Notes: generated from the letters alone by a model not told the origin. A stretch of DNA of 64,000 nucleotides from an uncultured Gammaproteobacteria bacterium (GCA_964401905.1 CAYOAH010000001.1:45162-109161); one strand, 5' to 3'. Counted from the first letter of the stretch, positions 1 through 8,281 are shown. A program made the numbers and translations.

Positions 1-1598
1 TATCTTTCTGGGAAGATTTAAATGATTTTGATGAAATTAATTTTTTAGGCACCTTTGTTGTCAATAATGAGTATAAAGATCGGGAAGGATTTGTTGATTT
101 AATAGATGGTCAACAAAGAATAATAACCATCACAATGATGTTGGCTATACTAAGAAATCAATTTTATTCTAACGATTTAAATAGTAAAGCCGAGGGGATA
201 CATTCTAGTTATATTTGTAATAGGGATGATAATGGTAATGATAGTTATAAACTAAAGGTCGGTAATAGTCTTGAAAATTATTTTATTAACTGTGTGCAAA
301 AAAATAATAATAGCTTCGATCTAAAACAAAAAACTGAGGAACAAAAGTTGTTAGAAAGGAATTATAAAATATTAAATGATAGGCTTTGTGAGCAACTAAA
401 AAAAGAGAGTGACAAGGAGTTATATTTAACAAAATTAAGAGATAGAATTAAAGATTTTGAGATTGTTTTTATAGAGGTTGATAAAGAAGAAGATGCTTTT
501 ACTTTTTTTGAAACTCTAAATGCTAGAGGCTTGGAACTTTCCACGGCTGATGTTTTAAAAAATTTGATTTTCAAGAAATTAAACAAACAAGAGAATATTA
601 ATAAATTACAGGAATCATGGCAAAATATTACAGATAATTTAACGGATAATAATGAAGAAATTGATGCATCAAGATTTATAAGACATTATTGGTTGTCAAA
701 AAATAAATTTATAACACAAAAAAGATTATTTAGATCAATTAAAGGCCACATGGAAGGAAATTCAAGGGAGTACGCCGGCTTTTTAAGTGATTTAGAAAGA
801 GAATCATTTTTTTATAGAAAAATTAATTTTCCGATAAAAGAAGAATGGAATGGCGATTATATTCAAATATATAAATCGCTAAAAAATTTAAAAAAAATGA
901 AAACATCTCAATCAAACAGCATAATGTTGTCATTAATGAGAGTTATTCATAGAAAAGACTACAGTGATAAATATAAAACAAAATATATAAGAGATACTTT
1001 TTTGTGGATTGAATATTTTACATTTACTTTTTCAGTAATAGCGAAAAAATCACCAGCCCCTCTTGAAAGAATGTACTCTAGATATGCCATTTTAATTGAT
1101 AGAGCCAAAAACAAGAAAGAACTTGAAAATAATTTATTAGATTTCAAACAAGAATTAATTAAATTAACTCCAGATAAAGATAGTTTTGTGGATGGTTTTA
1201 AAAATATTAGATATTCAAAAGCTAATCAAAAATTAATTATTTATATTCTAGAAAAGATTAACTATGCAGAAAGCAATGAACAGTCTTTCGATAATGTAAA
1301 TATTGAACATATAATTCCACAGAACCCAGATAAAAAATCAAAATATAAAAAAGATAAAATAAAAGATTTTGTTGATAATATTGGGAATTTAATGCCATTG
1401 GGTCCGGAATATAATAAAGAAGCTTCAAATCATGATCCTATAAACAAAATTGAGTACTACAAAAAATCAGAAATAAAAATGGCTTCAGATATCATTGATA
1501 AAATTGGTGTAAGTAATGATTGGGGTGAGTTTGATGTGGAAAATAGAGCTATTGATTTAGCTAATATGGCTTGGAAAATATGGAATATAAATAATTAA
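1..1598 (+). CDS. GmrSD-like DUF262/DUF1524 nuclease (type IV restriction-like), 5' partial
   Basis: The reading frame stays open to the window edge (codons start at position 3). In-frame residues upstream of the listed Met include LIDGQQRIITI (DGQQR motif of DUF262). FETLNARGLELSTADVLKN follows. The C-terminus carries a His-Me-finger-like pattern, NIEHIIPQN...IGNLMPL...N (DUF1524). Very AT-rich. Confidence 0.75.
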   Translation, partial: SFWEDLNDFDEINFLGTFVVNNEYKDREGFVDLIDGQQRIITITMMLAILRNQFYSNDLNSKAEGIHSSYICNRDDNGNDSYKLKVGNSLENYFINCVQKNNNSFDLKQKTEEQKLLERNYKILNDRLCEQLKKESDKELYLTKLRDRIKDFEIVFIEVDKEEDAFTFFETLNARGLELSTADVLKNLIFKKLNKQENINKLQESWQNITDNLTDNNEEIDASRFIRHYWLSKNKFITQKRLFRSIKGHMEGNSREYAGFLSDLERESFFYRKINFPIKEEWNGDYIQIYKSLKNLKKMKTSQSNSIMLSLMRVIHRKDYSDKYKTKYIRDTFLWIEYFTFTFSVIAKKSPAPLERMYSRYAILIDRAKNKKELENNLLDFKQELIKLTPDKDSFVDGFKNIRYSKANQKLIIYILEKINYAESNEQSFDNVNIEHIIPQNPDKKSKYKKDKIKDFVDNIGNLMPLGPEYNKEASNHDPINKIEYYKKSEIKMASDIIDKIGVSNDWGEFDVENRAIDLANMAWKIWNINN

Positions 1599-1600
1599 AT

Positions 1601-2521
1601 ATGAAATATCTTAAATTTTATAATGATACTTTGAACTGCAAAAACGAAGATCAAGTTTTTACCTATCTACTTAACACACTTAAGCCAAGCAACATGCTTT
1701 GGTCTTATTTTGTTAATTGGTCTAAAGTTTTGGACAACACAAAAAAGATAGAGATTGCTCTCAATAATCTTAATTATCTCATCGGTAAACAAGACTTTGA
1801 TAATGAATTTAAATTTTTAATCAGACAAAATCCTAAGATAGCCAAAATTATTCCAGCCTTAGTTGTTCGTGACGGCAATAATACCAATAAATTTAAAATT
1901 TTAGTCGATTACCAACATAAAAAGCTCGTTTATGAGGAATATGATTTCTCAAAAGAAGTTATAACTGACAAAGATCTTAAAAAATATCTTTTATTTGTCA
2001 AAGAAACTGGACTCAAAGATCTTATAGTCTCACAAAAAATAAAAAATTTAGTTGATTACATGATTGGCGTTGAGGCCGGCCTAGATAGTAATGGTCGAAA
2101 AAATAGAGGTGGCCATTCTATGGAAAATATCGTTGAATTTTTTATTGCCGATATCTGTAAAGATAAAAAATGGCAATATTTAAAGGAGGCTACTGCAAAA
2201 AAGATAAAGAATGAATGGGATTTTAATGTTCCAGTTGATAAATCATCGCGCCGCTATGATTTTGTTGTTAACAATGGAAATAAATTAATCATTTTTGAAA
2301 CTAATTTTTACGGTGGAGGCGGATCAAAATTAAAATCAACAGCAGGTGAGTATAGAGATCTATTTAATATTCTCAACGGCCAATACAAGTTCGTCTGGAT
2401 CACTGACGGCAATGGCTGGAAATCAACAACCAGACCACTGAGAGAGACATTTAATCATAACGACTACTTAATTAATTTGGATATGATCGAAAAAGGTATC
2501 CTAAAAGCTTTATTAATATAA
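1601..2521 (+). CDS. DpnII/MboI-family type II restriction endonuclease-like protein
   Basis: 306 aa. Blocks remembered from DpnII-type GATC endonucleases: LVDYMIGVEAGLDSNGRKNRGGHSMENIVE, RYDFVV, IIFETNFYGGGGSKLKSTAGEY, FVWITDGNGW. The ATG lies 2 nt after the upstream TAA. Confidence 0.72.
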   Translation: MKYLKFYNDTLNCKNEDQVFTYLLNTLKPSNMLWSYFVNWSKVLDNTKKIEIALNNLNYLIGKQDFDNEFKFLIRQNPKIAKIIPALVVRDGNNTNKFKILVDYQHKKLVYEEYDFSKEVITDKDLKKYLLFVKETGLKDLIVSQKIKNLVDYMIGVEAGLDSNGRKNRGGHSMENIVEFFIADICKDKKWQYLKEATAKKIKNEWDFNVPVDKSSRRYDFVVNNGNKLIIFETNFYGGGGSKLKSTAGEYRDLFNILNGQYKFVWITDGNGWKSTTRPLRETFNHNDYLINLDMIEKGILKALLI

Positions 2522-2579
2522 ATTTTTTAGAAGAATTCGATAATTTTAATTTTAAAAATAGGTGCTAAGAATAACAAAT

Positions 2580-2607
2580 AAAAGCTGGCAAAAGCCAGCT
2601 TTTATTT
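2580..2607 (+). terminator. Rho-independent terminator closing the AT-rich two-gene unit
   Basis: Stem AGCTGGC (2583-2589), loop AAAA, stem GCCAGCT (2594-2600), then a T-run. Confidence 0.6.
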
Positions 2608-2633
2608 ATGTCTAAATTATAAACATCGTTAGT

Positions 2634-2662
2634 TTGACTTTCAGACTTAGCGATGCTACAAT
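2634..2662 (+). promoter_or_regulatory. Sigma70-like promoter for the HTH-Panacea gene
   Basis: TTGACT (2634-2639), 17-nt spacer, TACAAT (2657-2662), with TG at 2654-2655 (extended -10). This places the transcription start downstream of the ATG at 2653. Confidence 0.5.
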
Positions 2663-2715
2663 ATTCTTGGGTGGGGGACACTAACCATAATCTTATGATC
2701 CCCAAATATCATAAC

Positions 2716-3378
2716 ATGATTAGAAACTTGCGTTTGGAACGAGGCCTATCCCAAGAAGAAGTTTATAGCCGCTGCGGTATCGGCCGATCTTCTTATATTT
2801 CTTTCGAGCAAGGCAAGACCGAGCTTAGCTTTTCCCAGGTTGCTCAGTTGGCCGACCTTTTCGGCCTATCCTTGGAGCAAGTGGAGGGCGGCCTCAAGCC
2901 GAACTATGAAAAATACAAGCAGATGATTCTGGCTTATTTGCGCTATCATCCTTCTAGCGACGGTAAGGTCGTCAAAACCAAACTAGCCAAGCTTTTATAC
3001 TTGGCTGATTTCGCTTGGTTCTACGACCATTTGGAGAGCATGAGCGGCATGCAGTATCGGCGCCTGCAATATGGACCTGTGCCCAATGAGTATTTTCGGG
3101 CCATCGACGAATTAGAAGAATCCGGTCAAATCAATGTTGACCACAAATCAGACATACAATTAATCTCTGAGACTACCAGCTCAAAAAAACATGTCCTAGC
3201 TGAATTATCTAAAGACGAATTAAATCTAATCAAAAAAATCTGCCAGAAATGGAAGTCTAAGAAATCGACTGAGATAGTCCATTTTACTCACAATCAGTTG
3301 CCTTACAAAATCTGTCAGCCTGATGAGATTATTCCCTATGAGCTAATCACTCAAGAAGATCCTGGCTATATTTACTAA
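2716..3378 (+). CDS. XRE-type HTH fused to a Panacea (DUF4065, SocA/GepA-like) antitoxin-type domain
   Basis: HTH: LRLERGLSQEEVYSRCGIGRSSYISFEQGKTELSFSQVAQLADLFGLS. DUF4065-like: KLAKLLYLADFAWFYDHLESMSGMQYRRLQYGPVPNEYFRAIDELEESGQI. The start is chosen at ATG 2716 because the predicted promoter excludes 2653. ATG 2695 is also possible. Confidence 0.7.
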   Translation: MIRNLRLERGLSQEEVYSRCGIGRSSYISFEQGKTELSFSQVAQLADLFGLSLEQVEGGLKPNYEKYKQMILAYLRYHPSSDGKVVKTKLAKLLYLADFAWFYDHLESMSGMQYRRLQYGPVPNEYFRAIDELEESGQINVDHKSDIQLISETTSSKKHVLAELSKDELNLIKKICQKWKSKKSTEIVHFTHNQLPYKICQPDEIIPYELITQEDPGYIY

Positions 3379-4868
3379 TCATTTAACTCCTTCTCCAGCA
3401 CCTCCCGCGCCACTTGCGGGTTGGCTTTGCCGGAGCTGCGACGCATTAATTGACCGACAAAAAACTGCATCAGGGGAGTCTTGCCGGCGCGGTAGTCAGA
3501 TACCTGTTGGGGGTATTCGGCGATAATAGCCCGAGCTAATTCGGCTAATTCATCACTATTATCCACTTGTTCTAAATCTAATCTCTCAATAACTTCCGCC
3601 ACGCTGAGGTTATTATTTTCAACCAATTCGGCTAGCACCGCTTGGCCGGCCGTGGAATTAATCTTGTTATCAGCAATAGCTATTGCCAGATCAACCAAGT
3701 GGCTGGGGCTAACTGGACCGTCAGCTAGATTATCTAAGCGGCAATGCTTGGCGACTTCGCTAGTTAGCCAATTGATAGCCGTTTTAGCAATAATTGCCGC
3801 CGCCTCTGGCCGATTCTTGGTGGCTAAGGTCAAAACCTGGTCAACATAAGCCGCCGTGGCCGGCCAACTGGTCAGTAAATCAGCGCTATCTCCTGGCAAC
3901 TGATAATCTCTTTGCCAACGCTGAGCTTTAACTAAAGGCAATTCAATTTTTTCCACCTCGCTAGCGGCTGTTGCCAGCCAGTGATCATTAACCACCAGCG
4001 GGGGAATATCCGGTTCAGTGAAATAGCGGTAATCGGCCATCGTTTCTTTGACCCGCTGGGCCTTGGTGGCGTTGCCAGCTTCGTCCCAGCCCCTGGTTTC
4101 AGCTGCTACCTGGCCGCCGCTAGTTAGCACTTCGCCTTGGCGCTTGATTTCATAATCAATAGCTCGCTCTAGGGCTTTGAACGAATTAAGATTCTTGACT
4201 TCTACCTTGTTATTTAGCTGATAACCAGCTAGACCAATAATAGTCGCGCCGTCAATCTGGTAGCGACCGGCTTCTTGCAGGCTGATATTGGCTTCGCAGC
4301 GCATCTCCGCCTTTTCCATATTGGCAGCGGAAATCCCCAGATAGCGCAATAATCTTTGAAATTCTTGACCAAAGCGCCGCGCCTCTTGCGCCGATGTAAT
4401 CACTGGCCCGGTAACCAATTCAATCAGGGGAGTGCCGGCCCGATTAAAATCAACCAAGCTATGCTGGTTATTTTTATCATGAGCCAGCTTGCCAGTGTCT
4501 TCTTCCAAATGAATGCGAGTAACGAAAATATCGCGGCCGTCAATTGACAATTTACCACTATACCCTAGTGGAGTATCTGATTGAGTTATCTGATACCCTT
4601 TGGGGAGGTCAGGATAAAAGTAATTCTTGCGGGCGAAGCGACTGTGCTGATTTATCTGGCAATTCAAAGCTTTGGCCAAGAGCAGCCCGAAGTGGACCGC
4701 TTGCCGGTTAGGCCGCGGTAGAGTGCCTGGATGCCCTAGACAGATCGGACAAACCACAGTATTAGCCGCCTGCCCTTCGGCATTATTATCGCAGCGGCAA
4801 AACATTTTGCTTTTGGTCTTCAATTCGGTATGGATTTCCAGGCCGATGACTGGGATTAATTGTTCCAT
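3375..4868 (-). CDS. gatB: Asp/Glu-tRNA(Asn/Gln) amidotransferase subunit B
   Basis: MEQLIPVIGLEIHTELKTKSKMFCRC... and YFYPDLPKGYQITQ are typical of GatB. The start is moved to ATG 4868, because the 35-aa extension in the ORF track runs into the upstream gene. Confidence 0.9.
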   Translation of the reverse strand: MEQLIPVIGLEIHTELKTKSKMFCRCDNNAEGQAANTVVCPICLGHPGTLPRPNRQAVHFGLLLAKALNCQINQHSRFARKNYFYPDLPKGYQITQSDTPLGYSGKLSIDGRDIFVTRIHLEEDTGKLAHDKNNQHSLVDFNRAGTPLIELVTGPVITSAQEARRFGQEFQRLLRYLGISAANMEKAEMRCEANISLQEAGRYQIDGATIIGLAGYQLNNKVEVKNLNSFKALERAIDYEIKRQGEVLTSGGQVAAETRGWDEAGNATKAQRVKETMADYRYFTEPDIPPLVVNDHWLATAASEVEKIELPLVKAQRWQRDYQLPGDSADLLTSWPATAAYVDQVLTLATKNRPEAAAIIAKTAINWLTSEVAKHCRLDNLADGPVSPSHLVDLAIAIADNKINSTAGQAVLAELVENNNLSVAEVIERLDLEQVDNSDELAELARAIIAEYPQQVSDYRAGKTPLMQFFVGQLMRRSSGKANPQVAREVLEKELND

Positions 4869-4890
4869 AATAAAGCTTGAATTGTTTGGC

Positions 4891-5475
4891 TTAAAACAAA
4901 GCTTGAACCGCCAGCCACAATTGATCGTTGAGATTGTCGATAGGCTGATTAGCGTCAAAACGCGGCCAGCCATAACGCTCAGCTAGCTGTTGGTGGCATT
5001 CGCGGACTTTATCCATTAACTGATTATTATTTTCGTGCTTATGGCCTTGTTCAATACCGCTGACAAAACGCTGGCCGTCCAGCCACAAGGCCAAATCCGG
5101 TTTCAGTAAGCCGTCGTTGATTGCTTCCAGAAAATTAAGCTTGGCGCCAGCTCCCCAGCCCCAAGCCAAACCGGTGCCGGTATAATCTTCAGCGACAATC
5201 CATTCACCGGCGGCTAATTGCTTTTCCAGCTCCGGTTGGTATTGAAAACGATTTAAAGCATAGATAATCTGCGCTTCCCGCGGCGATAGCTGTAGTGGAT
5301 TGCCTTCCCGCAAATAGGCGTTGAGCAGCGGACCGCTCGGCGCCAGCTCATAAATCGGATATTTCAAATAGGTAGTGGAATAACCGGCATCGCGCAAACG
5401 GTCAACCAGCAGCTTGGCCTGAGTGCTCTTGCCTAGATTATTAATACCGTAGAGAACGATTAATTTTCCGGCCAT
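4891..5475 (-). CDS. Thymidylate kinase-like P-loop kinase
   Basis: P-loop LYGINNLGKSTQAKLL. Length (194 aa) and layout resemble the dTMP kinase family. Confidence 0.6.
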   Translation of the reverse strand: MAGKLIVLYGINNLGKSTQAKLLVDRLRDAGYSTTYLKYPIYELAPSGPLLNAYLREGNPLQLSPREAQIIYALNRFQYQPELEKQLAAGEWIVAEDYTGTGLAWGWGAGAKLNFLEAINDGLLKPDLALWLDGQRFVSGIEQGHKHENNNQLMDKVRECHQQLAERYGWPRFDANQPIDNLNDQLWLAVQALF

Positions 5476-5492
5476 AAATTTAAGCTTAAGTT

Positions 5493-6047
5493 TTAACCGG
5501 CCAATTGCCGGTAAATATTTTCCGCCTGCTCATACAGGGCGGCTAGATCGCCATTATTATCTACTTGGAAGTCGGCCTCAGCGATTGCCTGCGGAATATC
5601 TTGTTCGGCCTCGCCTTGCTCATCAATTTTGAATTGCTCCAAAGTCTTGCTGGCGTCGTCCGGATTCTGGCCGCGCTTGGTTAAACGCTGATGGCGCAGG
5701 CCCTGATCAGCCAAGACCGCCACTAAATGAAAATTGGGGAATTCGCGAAAAGCCACAAAATCACCATAGCGGCGCATACCCTCCAGGAGTATAAACGGAC
5801 AGGGGTCATTTTGAACATCGCGCATAATCGCTTTCAAAATAATATCCTGACCGAATTGGCGCCTGAGGATTGATGACAGATTAGCCATGTTTTCCCTGGT
5901 CTGCGGCAGAGTCAGGCGATCAACGATATCACGCAGGGGACCGGAAAAGCCATAGACTTTACCGCCATATTTTTCCGCCAAATACTTGGCAATAGTCGTC
6001 TTGCCGGCGGCTAATTGGCCGGTCAGACCGATAATCAACTTGTCCAT
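5493..6047 (-). CDS. P-loop nucleotide kinase (CoaE/dNMP-kinase-like)
   Basis: Walker A GLTGQLAAGKTT. Small kinase-like size. The ATG at 6047 is preferred over the TTG at 6059. Confidence 0.5.
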   Translation of the reverse strand: MDKLIIGLTGQLAAGKTTIAKYLAEKYGGKVYGFSGPLRDIVDRLTLPQTRENMANLSSILRRQFGQDIILKAIMRDVQNDPCPFILLEGMRRYGDFVAFREFPNFHLVAVLADQGLRHQRLTKRGQNPDDASKTLEQFKIDEQGEAEQDIPQAIAEADFQVDNNGDLAALYEQAENIYRQLAG

Positions 6048-6067
6048 AAATTCTTTCAATCAACGAA

Positions 6068-6604
6068 TTAAGCTTGTTCTATATTAACGGCGGCGCCGTA
6101 TTGTTCGCTATCGTCCAGCATGTCTTTTTCTTGCCAATCATTAACCCAATCGCTAATTTTATAGGTTTTAAAGCTGCCGTCGGCTTGGCGGCCGACCAGT
6201 TTTTCAATGCCGGCGTTGATAATCATTTTCTTGCAGATAAAACAGGGATAAGCATCTTGCGGTTTTTCCTGGCCGTCGCGAATAACTGTGGAATAGAGAT
6301 ACATGGTTGAGCCGAGCAGGCTGGCGCCGGCTCGAGCGGCGTTAATGATGGCATTTTGTTCGGCATGGACACTGCGGCACAATTCATAACGATGGCCGTG
6401 CGGCACCTTAAGCATGGCCCTAAGGCAGTTGCCGCGTTCCCAGCAATCCTTAGTCTTGCGTGGCGACCCTAGGTAGCCGGTGGAAATAATCTGATCGTCG
6501 CGAACAATAATGGCGCCATGTTTGGCCCGATAACAAGTGGAGCGGCCGGCCACTTCGCCGGCGATATTCATATAATACTCCAATTTGGATGGTCTGCTTG
6601 GCAT
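6068..6604 (-). CDS. dCMP (deoxycytidylate) deaminase
   Basis: Zinc motifs HAEQNAI and PCFICKKMI (HAE...PCxxC). Confidence 0.85.
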   Translation of the reverse strand: MPSRPSKLEYYMNIAGEVAGRSTCYRAKHGAIIVRDDQIISTGYLGSPRKTKDCWERGNCLRAMLKVPHGHRYELCRSVHAEQNAIINAARAGASLLGSTMYLYSTVIRDGQEKPQDAYPCFICKKMIINAGIEKLVGRQADGSFKTYKISDWVNDWQEKDMLDDSEQYGAAVNIEQA

Positions 6605-6676
6605 AAAATATTGATTTTAACTGTTCTTTATAATCATTTTAACAGATTAAACTAGCTTTCGGCAAGCCTGAAAAAA

Positions 6677-6685
6677 TGCTATAAT
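6677..6685 (+). promoter_or_regulatory. Extended -10 element (TGcTATAAT) immediately upstream of the Smr gene
   Basis: TG at 6677-6678 and TATAAT at 6680-6685. The ATG at 6695 lies only about 10 nt downstream, so the mRNA is nearly leaderless. Confidence 0.4.
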
Positions 6686-6694
6686 CTAACCATT

Positions 6695-7006
6695 ATGAGC
6701 CGCCACTTAATTCAGCGCAAGGTCAATAAATATCTGCAAGAACCAGCTGCCAAGCTGGACTTGCACGGCCACAGCCGCCGCGAAGCCGAAGTAGAGCTGA
6801 TCGGCTTCTTTGACTACTGGATCAAGCAGGGTGGCGGTGTCAAGCTACTGATTATTACCGGCCAAGGCTGGCATTCAGCTGATGGCCAGGGCGTGCTCAA
6901 AGATTTTACCGCCGCTTGGCTTAAGACTCGGGGCTATCGTCAGCGAACCGCCAAGCCACAATTTGGCGGCGCTGGAGCTATTGAAGTTGACTTGCCAATA
7001 ACTTAA
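6695..7006 (+). CDS. Smr domain protein
   Basis: LDLHGHSRREAEVEL and a standalone Smr-like size (103 aa). Confidence 0.7.
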   Translation: MSRHLIQRKVNKYLQEPAAKLDLHGHSRREAEVELIGFFDYWIKQGGGVKLLIITGQGWHSADGQGVLKDFTAAWLKTRGYRQRTAKPQFGGAGAIEVDLPIT

Positions 7007-7009
7007 ACA

Positions 7010-7041
7010 AAAAACCAATCCTTGAGGGGATTGGTTTTTTT
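7010..7041. terminator. Bidirectional hairpin terminator between the Smr gene and rplA
   Basis: CCAATCC (7015-7021), 6-nt loop, GGATTGG (7028-7034), with an A-run on one side and a T-run on the other. Confidence 0.6.
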
Positions 7042-7081
7042 ATGGGGCGCTCCAATGACGGAGCAGCTGGTAATTTTAGAA

Positions 7082-7798
7082 TTATTGACCCAATGAAACT
7101 CGGATGCCCGGCCCCATTGAGGAACAGATGGTCACGCTCTTGATGTAAGTGCCCTTGGCCGCCGACGGCTTGCTCTTTTTGATAGTTTCCATTAAAGCCT
7201 GGAAATTATCGGCCAGCCGTTCGGCGCTGAAAGAAACTTTACCAATGGCGACATGCAGATTGGCAGTATCATCATTCTTAAAGCTGACCTTGCCTTTCTT
7301 TAATTCAGTAACCGCTTTGGCTGGATCAGTCGTCACGGTTTCATTCTTGGGTGACGGCATCAAGCCGCGAGTACCCAAGATCTTGGAAATAACCGCCAAA
7401 TTGCGCATCAAAGCCGGTTCAGCCACTGCTACCTGAAAATCGGTCTTTTCAGTCTTGCGGATTTCTTCAATCAATTCATCGCCGCCGACCAAATCAGCAC
7501 CGGCCTCTTTAACAGCCGCCTCATTTTCCGGACTGACAAACGCCGCCACTTTGACGGTCTTGCCAGTACCATGCGGCAAGCTGACCGCGCCGCGAATCTG
7601 CTGATCGCCCTTACGCGGATCAATACCGAGCCGCAAATGAACCTCTACCGAAGCGTCAAACTTGGTCACGCTGGTTTTCTTAACCAGCTCCAAAGCCTCA
7701 GTCAAAACATAGGTCTTGGTCTTGTCAACCAGCTGGCGGACTTCGGCTTGCGCCTTGCCCTGCTTAGCGGTCTTGTTTTTCTGTACTTTCTTAGCCAT
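7082..7798 (-). CDS. rplA: 50S ribosomal protein L1
   Basis: Typical L1 sequence (DASVEVHLRLGIDPRKGDQQIRG...) and its position after rplK. Confidence 0.95.
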   Translation of the reverse strand: MAKKVQKNKTAKQGKAQAEVRQLVDKTKTYVLTEALELVKKTSVTKFDASVEVHLRLGIDPRKGDQQIRGAVSLPHGTGKTVKVAAFVSPENEAAVKEAGADLVGGDELIEEIRKTEKTDFQVAVAEPALMRNLAVISKILGTRGLMPSPKNETVTTDPAKAVTELKKGKVSFKNDDTANLHVAIGKVSFSAERLADNFQALMETIKKSKPSAAKGTYIKSVTICSSMGPGIRVSLGQ

Positions 7799-7815
7799 AC
7801 GATTGTGGTGCGAGT

Positions 7816-7830
7816 GCTAGCTAGCTAGCT
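7816..7830. repeat. (GCTA/CTAG)x3 microrepeat in the rplK-rplA spacer
   Basis: gctagctagctagct read directly. It lies within an imperfect hairpin spanning 7805-7835. Confidence 0.8.
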
Positions 7831-7855
7831 CCCACGATCCTATTTAATAAATAAA

Positions 7856-8281
7856 TTAGTCTTTAATCTCAATACCCATCTGACGAGCAGTGCCGGCAAT
7901 AATTTTCATCGCCGCCTCAACATCGCGGGCATTCAAATCGCTCATCTTGGTTTCGGCAATCTCTTTCAGCTGGGCTGTTGTCAGACTGCCGACTTTTTCT
8001 TTGAGCGCCTTGCTGGAACCTTTGCTAACCTTGGCCGCCTTTTTGATCAATTCAGAAGCTGGCGCCGTTTTGGTAATAAAATCAAAGCTGCGATCAGCAT
8101 AAACAGTAATAACAACCGGCACGACATCACCCATCTTGTCGCGGGTGGCGTCGTTGAACTTGCTGCAAAAATCAGCGATATTCAAGCCGTGCTGGCCCAA
8201 GGCTGGGCCGACCGGCGGGGCTGGATTAGCTTGACCGCCTTTAATCTGCAATTTTATCTGGGTAACTATTTTTTTAGCCAT
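7856..8281 (-). CDS. rplK: 50S ribosomal protein L11
   Basis: [27 protein letters not shown] is the canonical L11 N-terminus. Confidence 0.95.
   Translation of the reverse strand: MAKKIVTQIKLQIKGGQANPAPPVGPALGQHGLNIADFCSKFNDATRDKMGDVVPVVITVYADRSFDFITKTAPASELIKKAAKVSKGSSKALKEKVGSLTTAQLKEIAETKMSDLNARDVEAAMKIIAGTARQMGIEIKD

Noticed and set aside
4869-4973. A 35-aa N-terminal extension of gatB in the ORF track (MAGRVLTLISL...).
   Set aside because: It overlaps the 3' end of the upstream kinase gene, and GatB homology begins at MEQLIPVIGLEIH (ATG 4868).
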